This document shows positions 35,124-43,650 of a stretch of 64,000 nucleotides of DNA, piece after piece (the first letter of the stretch is position 1; each line of letters begins with the position of its first letter). The DNA is from Solirubrobacterales bacterium (GTDB lineage: Bacteria; Actinomycetota; Thermoleophilia; Solirubrobacterales; 70-9): NCBI GenBank assembly GCA_035940865.1, contig DASZEL010000002.1:75592-139591 (forward strand), given 5' to 3'. The position numbers were made by a program, and so were the translations under genes. Under the pieces are notes generated by a model that was not told the origin of the DNA, did no database searches, and saw only the letters and a list, made by a program, of their open reading frames with translations.

Positions 35124-37345
35124 TCGCTCTCCAACAGCGGCAGCGTCAGCTCGAAGGTCGCTCCTCCGCACTCAGGGTCGGTGCGGGCGTCGATCGTCCC
35201 GTCATGGGTTTCGACGATCGAGCGGGCGATCGCGAGGCCGAGGCCGGCGCCTGAGACCTGCAGCCGTTTGACGTCGTCGCCGCGGAAGAGCCGCTCGAAC
35301 AGACGCGCGCGCTCCTGCGGCTGGATCCCGGGGCCGGTGTCGGTGACTGTCAGCACCGCCTCCTCGGGGGTCGTCCTGAGTTGCACCGCGACGCGCCCCC
35401 CACGAGGGGTGAACTTGATCGCATTGGAAAGCAGGTTGGCGAGCACCTGGTCGAGGCGGTCGGCGTCACCGAGCACTCGCGCCGGACCGAGGCAATCGGA
35501 CTCGAGGCGCAGGCCCGCCTCCTTTGCCGCCGGCCGCATCGCCTCGACTCCGAGGCGGACGACCTCGGCGAGATCGACCGGGCAGCGGTGCACTTCGAAC
35601 TCGCCGGCCTGGATGCGGGCGATGCTGAGCAGGTCCTCGACCAGCCGCAGCTGGCGGCGGGCGTTGCGCTCGATCACGTCGATGTGGTTGCCGGCGTCGA
35701 TCACGCCTTCGGTGTCCTCGCGCAGCAGCGCCGCGTAGCCGAGGATCGAGGTCAGGGGCGTGCGCAGCTCGTGCGAGACCGAGCTGAGGAACTCCGACTT
35801 CGCCCGCTCCAGCTCGGCGGTCGCTTCGCGAGCGCGGCGCTCCTCGGTCACGTCCTGCTGCACCGCCACCCAGACGGTGCCGTAGCGGGGGTGCTCGAAG
35901 GTGGTCGTCGTCGTCCGGCACCAGATCGTCGTCCCGTCGCGCCGCACCCGCCGCCCTTCGTAAGCGCAGTGCCCCTGCTCCTGCAGGCAGCGTGCCGCCT
36001 CCTCGCGCTCCGCCTGTTCCTCCGGTGTCAGGTCCTCGGGCATCATCACCTCGACCGCGCGACGGCCGATCAGCTCGCCCGACCCGTAGCCGAGCATCCG
36101 CTCGAGGCTCGGGTTGGCGAAGACGATCCGTTGGTTGCCGGTGGTGACGAGGCAGACGCCCTCGCCCATGTTGGCGATCATCTCGCCGCGCAGGTCCAGC
36201 ACCTGTTCGATCGTCACCCGCTCATTGGCCTCGCGGACGGTGCAGGCGAGGCGCCCGTCGGGCTGGGTGATCGCCGACCAGATCAGCCAGGACCAGTTGC
36301 CGTTCCTGGTCCGCATGCGGTTGCGGAAGGTGCGCCAGCTGCCGCTCTCGCGCTGCAGCTCACTCAGCTCGGCCAGGGTCGCAGCCCGGTCCTCCGGGTG
36401 GACGTACTCGATCAGCTCACGGCCGCAGAGCTCCTCGCTGCCCCAGCCCAAGACCTCGCGCCAGCTGCCCTCCAGGCGCTCGATCCGGCTGCCGCCGCTG
36501 ACCATGCACATCAGGTCGCGGTCGACCGGAGCGCCGTGCGCCCCCCGCGCCAGGTCCTCTTCCATCCGTTTGCGCAGGGAGATGTCCTGGGCGTTGACGA
36601 TGTAGTGGACGGGCTCGCCGTCCTCTCCTCGCAACAGCCCGACGGCGATGCTGACCCAGATCGGCTCGCCGTCCTTGCGCAGGTAGCGCTTCTCCAACTC
36701 GTAGCCGCTGACCTCGCCGGTGAGCAGGCTCGCGTCCGCCTCCAGCGTCGCCTCGAGGTCGTCGGGGTGGGTGATGTCGGAAAAAGTGAGGTCGTAGAGC
36801 GCGTCCGCCTCGTAGCCGGTCAGCTCGCAGAAGGCCTGGTTGGCGCGCAGCCAGTGGCCGTCGATCCCGCAGAGCGCCATCCCCGCGGCCGCGTGAGAGA
36901 AGGCGGTCTCGAACTGGCGCTCGGCCTCGCGGCGGCGGCGCTCCTCGCGCGAGCGGGCGCTGAGGTCGGTGAGCCAGGCGATCCGGTAGAGCGGCTCGCC
37001 GTCCTCGTCGCGGATCAGCAGCCCCTCCGTCGCGGCGGGGAAGGTCGAGCCGTCGAGCCGAACGTATTCGGCGTCGAAGTAGGTGAACTCCTCGCGATCG
37101 AGCTGTTCGGCGAGCCGCGGCAGCTTGGCGGCGTCGCCGGGGGAGAGGTACGAGCGGAAGGGGCGGCCGACGAAGTCATCGGGGGCGCCGCCGTGCATGC
37201 GCGCGAAGGTGGGGTTGACGGCGACCAGCAACCCCTCGGCGTCGCCGATCGCGATCCCACGCGTCGTCTTCTGGAAGCCCAGCTGCCAGAGCTTCTGCAG
37301 CTCGGAGTCGGTGGCGGCGGCTTGCGCCTGGTTCTGGGTCGTCAT
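35120..37345 (-). CDS. Multi-PAS sensor histidine kinase
   Basis: I chose the ATG at 37345. Several PAS-like modules are followed by HisKA (FLSSVSHELRTPLTSI) and HATPase_c (NLLSNAIKFTP..., TDTGPGI, GAGLGLAI). Confidence 0.88.
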   Translation of the reverse strand: MTTQNQAQAAATDSELQKLWQLGFQKTTRGIAIGDAEGLLVAVNPTFARMHGGAPDDFVGRPFRSYLSPGDAAKLPRLAEQLDREEFTYFDAEYVRLDGSTFPAATEGLLIRDEDGEPLYRIAWLTDLSARSREERRRREAERQFETAFSHAAAGMALCGIDGHWLRANQAFCELTGYEADALYDLTFSDITHPDDLEATLEADASLLTGEVSGYELEKRYLRKDGEPIWVSIAVGLLRGEDGEPVHYIVNAQDISLRKRMEEDLARGAHGAPVDRDLMCMVSGGSRIERLEGSWREVLGWGSEELCGRELIEYVHPEDRAATLAELSELQRESGSWRTFRNRMRTRNGNWSWLIWSAITQPDGRLACTVREANERVTIEQVLDLRGEMIANMGEGVCLVTTGNQRIVFANPSLERMLGYGSGELIGRRAVEVMMPEDLTPEEQAEREEAARCLQEQGHCAYEGRRVRRDGTTIWCRTTTTTFEHPRYGTVWVAVQQDVTEERRAREATAELERAKSEFLSSVSHELRTPLTSILGYAALLREDTEGVIDAGNHIDVIERNARRQLRLVEDLLSIARIQAGEFEVHRCPVDLAEVVRLGVEAMRPAAKEAGLRLESDCLGPARVLGDADRLDQVLANLLSNAIKFTPRGGRVAVQLRTTPEEAVLTVTDTGPGIQPQERARLFERLFRGDDVKRLQVSGAGLGLAIARSIVETHDGTIDARTDPECGGATFELTLPLLESD

Positions 37346-37424
37346 GCCTGGGTCTTTATCGGCGCTCGCCCCCAGAGATTCGACCCGCGGCCGTTCCGAC
37401 CTTCCGATCGGGTATGGATTCGGC

Positions 37425-38126
37425 GTGGCCGAAGCGACGATCCTCGTGATCGAGGACGATCCCGACATCCGCGGCCTTGTCGTCGCCCTGGTCGAGCGGG
37501 CCGGCATGCGAGCTCGCGAGGCCGCCGACGGCCGCGCCGGCGTGCGCGTCTTCTTCGACGAGCGACCGGACCTGGTCGTGCTCGACCTCGGCCTGCCCGA
37601 GCTCGACGGCTGGCAGGTCCTGGAGCGGATCCGCGATCTCAGCGACGCGCCGGTGCTGCTGCTGACCGCGGAGGGCGAGCAGGTGCAGAAGGTGCGGGGG
37701 CTCGAGCTGGGCGCGGACGACTACGTCACCAAGCCTTTCGGGCGCGAGGAGCTGGTGGCCCGGATCCAGGCCCTGCTGCGCCGGCGCGAGCGGGGCCGTG
37801 GCGAGGAAGAGACACTCGACGACGGCACGGTCACACTCGACGGCGCCGGGCGTCGGGTCGAGGTCGGGGGCAAGGAGCTGGCGCTGACGCCGACCGAGTT
37901 CCGGCTGCTCGCCTTCCTGATGCGCAACCGCAACCAGGTGGTGAGCCAGCTGCAGCTGCTGGAGGAGGTCTGGGGAAACGCCGACGCCGATCCCAAGCAG
38001 GTGCGGCTCTACGTCAGCTACCTGCGGCGCAAGCTGAACGACGCGGGGGTCGACCCGATCGAGACGGTGCGCGGCTTCGGCTACCGCTACCGCATCGCAC
38101 ATCCGTCCAGACCGGGCTCGGTCTGA
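37425..38126 (+). CDS. OmpR/PhoB-family response regulator
   Basis: In-frame GTG at 37425. Receiver domain (ILVIEDD, DLVVLDLGLPELDG, KPF) and winged-helix output (LTPTEFRLLAFLM..., VRGFGYRY). Confidence 0.88.
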   Translation: MAEATILVIEDDPDIRGLVVALVERAGMRAREAADGRAGVRVFFDERPDLVVLDLGLPELDGWQVLERIRDLSDAPVLLLTAEGEQVQKVRGLELGADDYVTKPFGREELVARIQALLRRRERGRGEEETLDDGTVTLDGAGRRVEVGGKELALTPTEFRLLAFLMRNRNQVVSQLQLLEEVWGNADADPKQVRLYVSYLRRKLNDAGVDPIETVRGFGYRYRIAHPSRPGSV

Positions 38127-38237
38127 CGGATTCATACGCTTTTCAGACAAGAACCGGACGTACCTCCTACCTAAGTCTCCGATCCCCCGTGCAGCGGCCA
38201 ATGCCGCGCACGAGTGAACGAGCAAGGAGGTACCTGA

Positions 38238-38825
38238 ATGAAGACCAGCAGCAAAGTTCTACTGACGGCGCTCTGTGTGGGCGCGCTTGGCAGCCTCGCC
38301 GCGATGGGCGTCTTCGGCGCCTTCAGCGCCACCACCACCAATGCCGGCAACACGATCACCGCCGGCACCGTCGCGATCGCCGACAACGACGCCGGCGCCG
38401 CGATGTACAGCATCGCCAACGCCAAGCCCGGCGAATCGGTGAGCAGATGCATCAAGGTCACCTACACCGGCAGCATCGACGCCGACGTCCGCATCTACAC
38501 CACGAGCACGATCGGCTCGCTGGGCCAGTACGTGGATCTGACGATCACGCCCGGCACGCAGGCAACGCCGAGCTTTCCCAGCTGCACCGGGTTCACCGCT
38601 GACGCCAGCGGCGCCCTCTACTCGGGCACGCTGCAGAACTTCGGCAGCACCAAAAACAGCTACGCCACCGGCGTTGCCGACTACCCCGGCTCAGGCACCA
38701 AATGGGCGGCCAACGAAGCAGTCGTCTACCAGGTGACCGCGACGCTGCAGTCGAGCGCTCCGGATACCGCCCAGGGCCTGACCACCGGCTCCCACACGTT
38801 CACCTGGGAGGCCCGCAACCAGTAG
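38238..38825 (+). CDS. TasA/CalY-like exported protein with a SipW-dependent-type signal peptide
   Basis: Strong SD (AAGGAGG). The N-terminus LGSLAAMGVFGAFSATTTNAGNTITAGTV matches the alternate (SipW-cognate) signal pattern, and PGESVSRCIKVTYTGS plus the C-terminal TFTWEARNQ resemble TasA/camelysin-family blocks. Confidence 0.65.
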   Translation: MKTSSKVLLTALCVGALGSLAAMGVFGAFSATTTNAGNTITAGTVAIADNDAGAAMYSIANAKPGESVSRCIKVTYTGSIDADVRIYTTSTIGSLGQYVDLTITPGTQATPSFPSCTGFTADASGALYSGTLQNFGSTKNSYATGVADYPGSGTKWAANEAVVYQVTATLQSSAPDTAQGLTTGSHTFTWEARNQ

Positions 38826-38833
38826 CGGGGCGC

Positions 38834-39358
38834 ATGAGCACCCTCGCTACTGACAGGTTCACTCGTGCCATCGGCGCCGCGATCGGGCTCGTCCTGGTCG
38901 CGGCGCTGATCGTGGCGGCGCGCCCCGCCGGCGGACATGGCGGGGTGCTGCCGGCCTCGCTGCGTTTCACGGCGACCCTCGACGGGGCCGTGGCGGTGGA
39001 GCCGGCGGCGCCGAAGCCGCTGCTCGCGAGCGGGCCGATGCGCCCCGGCAGCCATGCCCGGGGAGAACTCACGCTTCGCAACCAGACCGGCGAGACGCTG
39101 GCGGTTCGGCTGCGGGCGAAGGCCAGCTCGACCGCACTTGACGGCACCGCGCGGGTGCGGATCGTGAGCCAGGGGGCGACCCTCGCTGACGGGACGCTGC
39201 AGGCGCTGCGCCAGGGCACGGCGGAGGCCGTGCGGCTGCAGCCGGGCGGCGCGGCGCGCGTCCGGGTGATCGTCTGGATTCCCGCCGAAGTGGAGACCGG
39301 CTACGAGGGCCGCAACGTCGCGGTCGCGCTCGAGCCGGTGGAGGAAGCGCAGCCATGA
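38834..39358 (+). CDS. Membrane-anchored/exported protein, TasA-operon accessory (related to 40859..41401)
   Basis: ATG at 38834, a TM/signal segment, and the block GELTLRNQTGETLAVRL similar to GRVTIRNRGAAARLLL in the last gene of the operon. Confidence 0.5.
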   Translation: MSTLATDRFTRAIGAAIGLVLVAALIVAARPAGGHGGVLPASLRFTATLDGAVAVEPAAPKPLLASGPMRPGSHARGELTLRNQTGETLAVRLRAKASSTALDGTARVRIVSQGATLADGTLQALRQGTAEAVRLQPGGAARVRVIVWIPAEVETGYEGRNVAVALEPVEEAQP

Positions 39359-39876
39359 TTGCGGCCGGCCGACGCCTGCGGATGCTTGTGCTCTGGATCG
39401 GGCTCGGGCTGCTGTTCGGGACCCTGCTGGCTGCGGTGGCGCCCCAGCTCGCCGGCTACCGCTCTTTCACGGTCCGCTCCGGCTCGATGACGCCGGCGAT
39501 CGAAACCGGCGACGTCGTCGTCACCAAGACGATTTCGCCGCTCGGCGCCCGCGTCGGCGACGTCGTCACCTTCGTCGACCCGGAAGGGACCGGCCGCCTC
39601 TTCTCCCACCGGGTGCAGTCGGTCCGCGCGCTCGGCGATGAGGTCGCCTTCGTCACCCGCGGCGACGCCAACACTTCCACCGAGCACTGGCGGGTCCCCG
39701 CCGACGGCAGCGTCGGCCGGGTCGCCTACCGGATCCCGAAGATCGGCTACGCCCTTTCCTGGATCGACAGCGGCCCGGCTCGTCTGGCCCTGGTCGCGAT
39801 TCCGGCGCTGCTGCTGCTCGGGGCGGCGCTGGTGCGGATCTGGCGGCCGACGCCGCCGGAGGTTAAATCCTCATGA
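39355..39876 (+). CDS. sipW: Signal peptidase I, SipW (ER/archaeal) type
   Basis: ATGA-coupled. Catalytic Ser box RSGSMTPAIETGDVV, His box LFSHRV, the GDAN motif (TRGDANTSTE), and a C-terminal TM segment. Confidence 0.8.
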   Translation: MIAAGRRLRMLVLWIGLGLLFGTLLAAVAPQLAGYRSFTVRSGSMTPAIETGDVVVTKTISPLGARVGDVVTFVDPEGTGRLFSHRVQSVRALGDEVAFVTRGDANTSTEHWRVPADGSVGRVAYRIPKIGYALSWIDSGPARLALVAIPALLLLGAALVRIWRPTPPEVKSS

Positions 39877-40859
39877 GCGCCACCCTGCGGCCGGCGATGA
39901 CGGCAGCGGCGATCGCGGCGGTCCTGCTCGGCGCCGCCGCGCTGGCGCGTCCGAGCGTCTGGGGCAACTTCACCGCGGCCACACCGAACGCCGGCAACTC
40001 GATCACCGCCGCCACCGACTTCCGCGCCCCGGCCGCGAGCGCGTCGGCGATCGGCAAGACCACCGGCGGCATCGTCGGGCAGATCAAGAAGAGCGGGACC
40101 TACTACGTCTACGCCAAAGTCAGCGACACCGGCAACCCGGCCAGCGGCGTCTCCACCGTCACCGCCGACGTCAGCTCGATCACCCCCGGCTCCACGGCCG
40201 TCGCGCTCGCGTCCGGCAGCTTCACCGCCGGCGGCGTCACCTACAACCGCCGCAGCGCCGCTCTCACCGCGGGCTCGACGCTGGCAGCCGGCAGCTACGG
40301 CTACTCGCTGACGCTGACCGATGTGGCGGGGAACTCGAAGACCCAGTCAGGTTTCACCGTCACCGTTGACAACACCGTCCCGAGCGGCACCGACGTGCAG
40401 ACCGCCAACGGCGGCACGAGCAGCGGCCTCGCCGAGGCAGGCGACACGTTCTCTTTCGCCTTCAGCGAGGCGCCGGATCCCAACTCGATTCTCGCCGGCT
40501 GGAGCGGCGCCGCGACCAACGTCGTCGTCCGCCTCAACAACGGCAGCACCACCAACGACACGGTGACGATCTTCAACTCCGCCAACACGACTCAGCTGCC
40601 GCTTGGCAGCGTCAACCTCGGCGCCGGCGACTACACCAGCGCCAACCTCACCTTCGGCGCCACCGGCACCGCCTCGAAGATGGTCCTCAGCGGCAGCACG
40701 GTGACGATCACCTTGGGGACGCAGTCGGCGGCGGCGATCAACGCCGCCGCCAACGGGACGATGACCTGGACGCCCTCGGCCTCGGCGACCGACGCCGCCG
40801 GCAACGGCGTCTCGACCACGGCCGTCACGGAGTCCGGGGCGGCCGACCGGGAGTTCTGA
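39873..40859 (+). CDS. Exported Ig-like-domain protein with a SipW-type signal
   Basis: ATGA-coupled. The N-terminus AALARPSVWGNFTAATPNAGNSITAATDF parallels the 38238 signal. The body is Thr/Ser/Gly-rich and beta-rich. Confidence 0.55.
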   Translation: MSATLRPAMTAAAIAAVLLGAAALARPSVWGNFTAATPNAGNSITAATDFRAPAASASAIGKTTGGIVGQIKKSGTYYVYAKVSDTGNPASGVSTVTADVSSITPGSTAVALASGSFTAGGVTYNRRSAALTAGSTLAAGSYGYSLTLTDVAGNSKTQSGFTVTVDNTVPSGTDVQTANGGTSSGLAEAGDTFSFAFSEAPDPNSILAGWSGAATNVVVRLNNGSTTNDTVTIFNSANTTQLPLGSVNLGAGDYTSANLTFGATGTASKMVLSGSTVTITLGTQSAAAINAAANGTMTWTPSASATDAAGNGVSTTAVTESGAADREF

Positions 40860-41401
40860 TGCGGGGGCGGGCTCGGCACGAGGCAGTGGTGTTGGCGAGC
40901 CTGGCGCTGACGCTCGCTCTCGCGGTGACGGCGCTCGCCTGGTCGGAGGGCAGGGCAGAGCCGCGTCACGACGCCGGGCTTCGGCTCTCCGCCGCCGGCG
41001 CGCTGCGGATCGGCGATTCCCGCGGGGGAGGGGCGATCCTCACGGCCCCCGCGCTGGCGCCCGGAAGCTCGGTGGGCGGGAGAGTGACGATCCGCAACCG
41101 TGGCGCGGCCGCTCGATTGCTGCTGTCCCGAGCCCATCTGCTGGAGAGGCCTGGAGCCGATGACGCCTCGCTGGCCAGGGCGCTTCGGCTGCGCATCCAC
41201 AACGTCACTCCCGGCTCGCGGACGCTCGTCTACCACGGCGCGCTTGCGGCGATGCCGACGCTGCACCTGGGCCTGCTGTCATCGGGAGCGAGGCGGGACT
41301 ACCGCTTCGTCGTCCGGCTGCCCGAGACGGGCTTCGTCGAAAACGGCCTGGCCGGCTCCCGGGTTCGCTTCGACTACCGCTGGCAGCTGAGACGCCAATA
41401 G
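40859..41401 (+). CDS. Exported accessory protein (related to 38834..39358)
   Basis: TGATG-coupled with an N-terminal signal/TM segment. See the block shared with the 38834 gene. Confidence 0.5.
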   Translation: MRGRARHEAVVLASLALTLALAVTALAWSEGRAEPRHDAGLRLSAAGALRIGDSRGGGAILTAPALAPGSSVGGRVTIRNRGAAARLLLSRAHLLERPGADDASLARALRLRIHNVTPGSRTLVYHGALAAMPTLHLGLLSSGARRDYRFVVRLPETGFVENGLAGSRVRFDYRWQLRRQ

Positions 41402-42562
41402 GTTCCGGCGGGCGAGGAGGAACGGCACCCCGAGCGCCGGAAGGGCCGCGGCGAGGATGACCCCGGCCCGCCAGCCACCCGCCTGCACGATCGGCCCGGC
41501 GATGGCAGAGCCGGCGCTGGCGCCGATCATCAACGAGAGCGAGAGCCAGGTGAAGACCTCGGTGCCGGTGCCCGGCGGCATCGCCTCGCGGCCGATCTGG
41601 GTGCGGGCGGTGATCGTCGGGGCAATGAAGGTGCCGGCGAGGACGCCGAGCACGAGCATTGCTCCGACCGTAGGCGCGAGCAGGAGCGGCAGGCAGATCA
41701 GCGGCTGGAAGAGCGCCAATCGCACGGTTGCCTGAGCGGGGGTGCCGAAGCGCTCTGGCGCCGCCCCGTAGATCAGCGCCCCGAGCGCGGACCCCAGCGC
41801 CAGCGAAGCGCCGAAGGGGCCGCCGAGGGCGGAGCTGCCGTGGGCGGCGCCGAACGCCGGGCCGGTGACGTCGAGGGCGCCGAAGGTCGAGCCGATCGGG
41901 AAGCCGGTGAAGACGAGCAGGCGGATCGTCGGCGAGGCGAGGGCACCCGCCCGGGTGCGGTGGTGCGCGGGCGCCGGCTCGACCCGGCCGAGCGGCGGCA
42001 GGGCGACGAACCAGACGGTGCCGAGCAGGCCGAGGCCGGCGGCGGCGAGGAGCGCCGCGGCCGGCCCCGTGGTCGCCGCCAGGAGGCCGGTCAGCAGCGG
42101 CCCGCTGACGAAGACCGCCTCGATCAGGATCGAGTCCAGCACGTAGGAGTTGACCAGCAGATCCTCGGCGACGAGGTCGGGCCAGAGGTGGCGCAGGATC
42201 CCGCCGACTGGGGGCATCGCCGCTCCCGAGAGGCCGGCGAGGACGACCAGCGCCGGGGTGCCGCCGCCCGCGTTGCCGACCAGGACCAGTGCCACCAGCG
42301 CTGCCGCGGCGAGCGCCGCCGCCGGCACCAGCACCGGCCGCGGCCCGCGCCGGTCGACCAGTCGCCCCAACACCGGCGCCGTCAGCGCCAGCCCGATCGT
42401 GCTGGCGCCGGCGACCGCGCCGGCGGCGGCGAAGGAGCCGGTGCGCTCGTGGACGTAGATGACGAGGGCGACCCCGGTCATCCCCACCGGCAGCCGCGCG
42501 ACGACCGAGGCGATCGTCAGCTGCAGGACGTGCGGGGAGGCGAGGATGCGGCGGTAGGCCAT
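41279..42562 (-). CDS. MFS transporter
   Basis: About 12 hydrophobic segments and the GRLVDRRGPRP loop motif (MFS D-R-x-G-R-[KR]-like). The C-terminal tail overlaps the convergent gene by 123 nt. Confidence 0.8.
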   Translation of the reverse strand: MAYRRILASPHVLQLTIASVVARLPVGMTGVALVIYVHERTGSFAAAGAVAGASTIGLALTAPVLGRLVDRRGPRPVLVPAAALAAAALVALVLVGNAGGGTPALVVLAGLSGAAMPPVGGILRHLWPDLVAEDLLVNSYVLDSILIEAVFVSGPLLTGLLAATTGPAAALLAAAGLGLLGTVWFVALPPLGRVEPAPAHHRTRAGALASPTIRLLVFTGFPIGSTFGALDVTGPAFGAAHGSSALGGPFGASLALGSALGALIYGAAPERFGTPAQATVRLALFQPLICLPLLLAPTVGAMLVLGVLAGTFIAPTITARTQIGREAMPPGTGTEVFTWLSLSLMIGASAGSAIAGPIVQAGGWRAGVILAAALPALGVPFLLARRNLLASQLPAVVEANPGAGQAVFDEARLGQPDDEAVVPPRSR

Positions 42563-42584
42563 CCCGCCCAGGGTTGCATGAGGC

Positions 42585-43589
42585 CTAGCTGGGCTGGCCC
42601 AGCGCTTCCATCTTTTCTCGCAGCTCCGGCCCTAGGTCGAGGACCTGGGAGTCGTCGGGAAGCTGGATCTCCGGATGGATGCCGTAGTCGAACAGGTCCG
42701 CGCGGATTTCCGTCGTCACGGCCTTGCCGTCTGAAAGCGCGGTCGAAACCGTGCGCATGCGACGCAGCATCCCGGCCGCGGTGATGAACACTTCGGCATG
42801 GACGGGTCCGACCAACTGCGACCCCGCCTGTTCGACCTGTTCGGCGAGTTCGTCCTTGCCCTGCGTGTGCAGTCCCTGCACGAGCTCTTCCCGCGACATG
42901 GTCACCCGGTAGCGGGTGGTCTGCACGCGGCCGATCTTCGTCTGACCGAGCTGGCGAACGCCACCGTTGGCGCGCAGCATCCCCAGCGATTCTTCGGGAC
43001 TGCCGACTCCGGGGGAGCTCAAGTCCTCCTGCCCCGGGAAGCCTTCGAGCTTGATCCATTCCTTCCCTTCGGGCATCTGGCCGGCGAACTGGGGGTAGCG
43101 GAAGTACCAGGCGTCTTCGCCGAGGAGGGCGTCGAACTTCATCTGCTGCCCCTCCATCGCGGCGTCGTAGGTGATTTCGGCGAGGTTGTCTTCGCCGTTG
43201 AAGGTGCCTTTCCCGGTGATGGTGACAGGGGGGCTGGATTCGGTCCTGAACTGCATCGTCAGGTTCATCCGCATCCCTGGGACTTCTTCGGCGCGTTGTG
43301 CCGCCGCCGCGACCGGGTTTGGGTTGAAGGGGCTTTCGCCGCCGCTGCCGTTGAGGAAGGAGTTGACGACGACGAGGAGCAGCAGCAGCGAGAGGATGCC
43401 TGCCGCCTGCAGCAGGCGCACGGAAAGGGGCTCGAGCGGCTGGTCGCCGAATAGGGCCTGTCGAGTTCCTCTCGCCTGGCGGGAGCTGTTCGACGCTGCC
43501 CCCGCCGCGGGCGCGGCTGGACCCGTGTGGGTGCCCCAGAGCGGCTTCGCGCCCGGCGGTGGAGTGGAGGTTGGCGGTGCTCCAGACAA
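42585..43589 (-). CDS. Membrane-anchored extracytoplasmic protein (paralog of 28349..29233)
   Basis: Pro-rich N-terminus, one TM segment (GILSLLLLLVVV), and blocks shared with the 28349 gene. Confidence 0.6.
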   Translation of the reverse strand: MSGAPPTSTPPPGAKPLWGTHTGPAAPAAGAASNSSRQARGTRQALFGDQPLEPLSVRLLQAAGILSLLLLLVVVNSFLNGSGGESPFNPNPVAAAAQRAEEVPGMRMNLTMQFRTESSPPVTITGKGTFNGEDNLAEITYDAAMEGQQMKFDALLGEDAWYFRYPQFAGQMPEGKEWIKLEGFPGQEDLSSPGVGSPEESLGMLRANGGVRQLGQTKIGRVQTTRYRVTMSREELVQGLHTQGKDELAEQVEQAGSQLVGPVHAEVFITAAGMLRRMRTVSTALSDGKAVTTEIRADLFDYGIHPEIQLPDDSQVLDLGPELREKMEALGQPS

Positions 43590-43650
43590 GACGTAGAGTC
43601 ATCGTCATCGCACGGGTCGAATTTGAGCACCGGTTGAAATCTTTGGACGC

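Noticed and set aside
35381-38602. 1073-aa ORF on the plus strand, the longest in the track
   Set aside because: It runs antisense through the histidine kinase gene and out of frame through the response regulator. Its composition is dominated by Arg/Ala/Gly/Pro with no motifs. This is the typical shadow ORF of a high-G+C genome.
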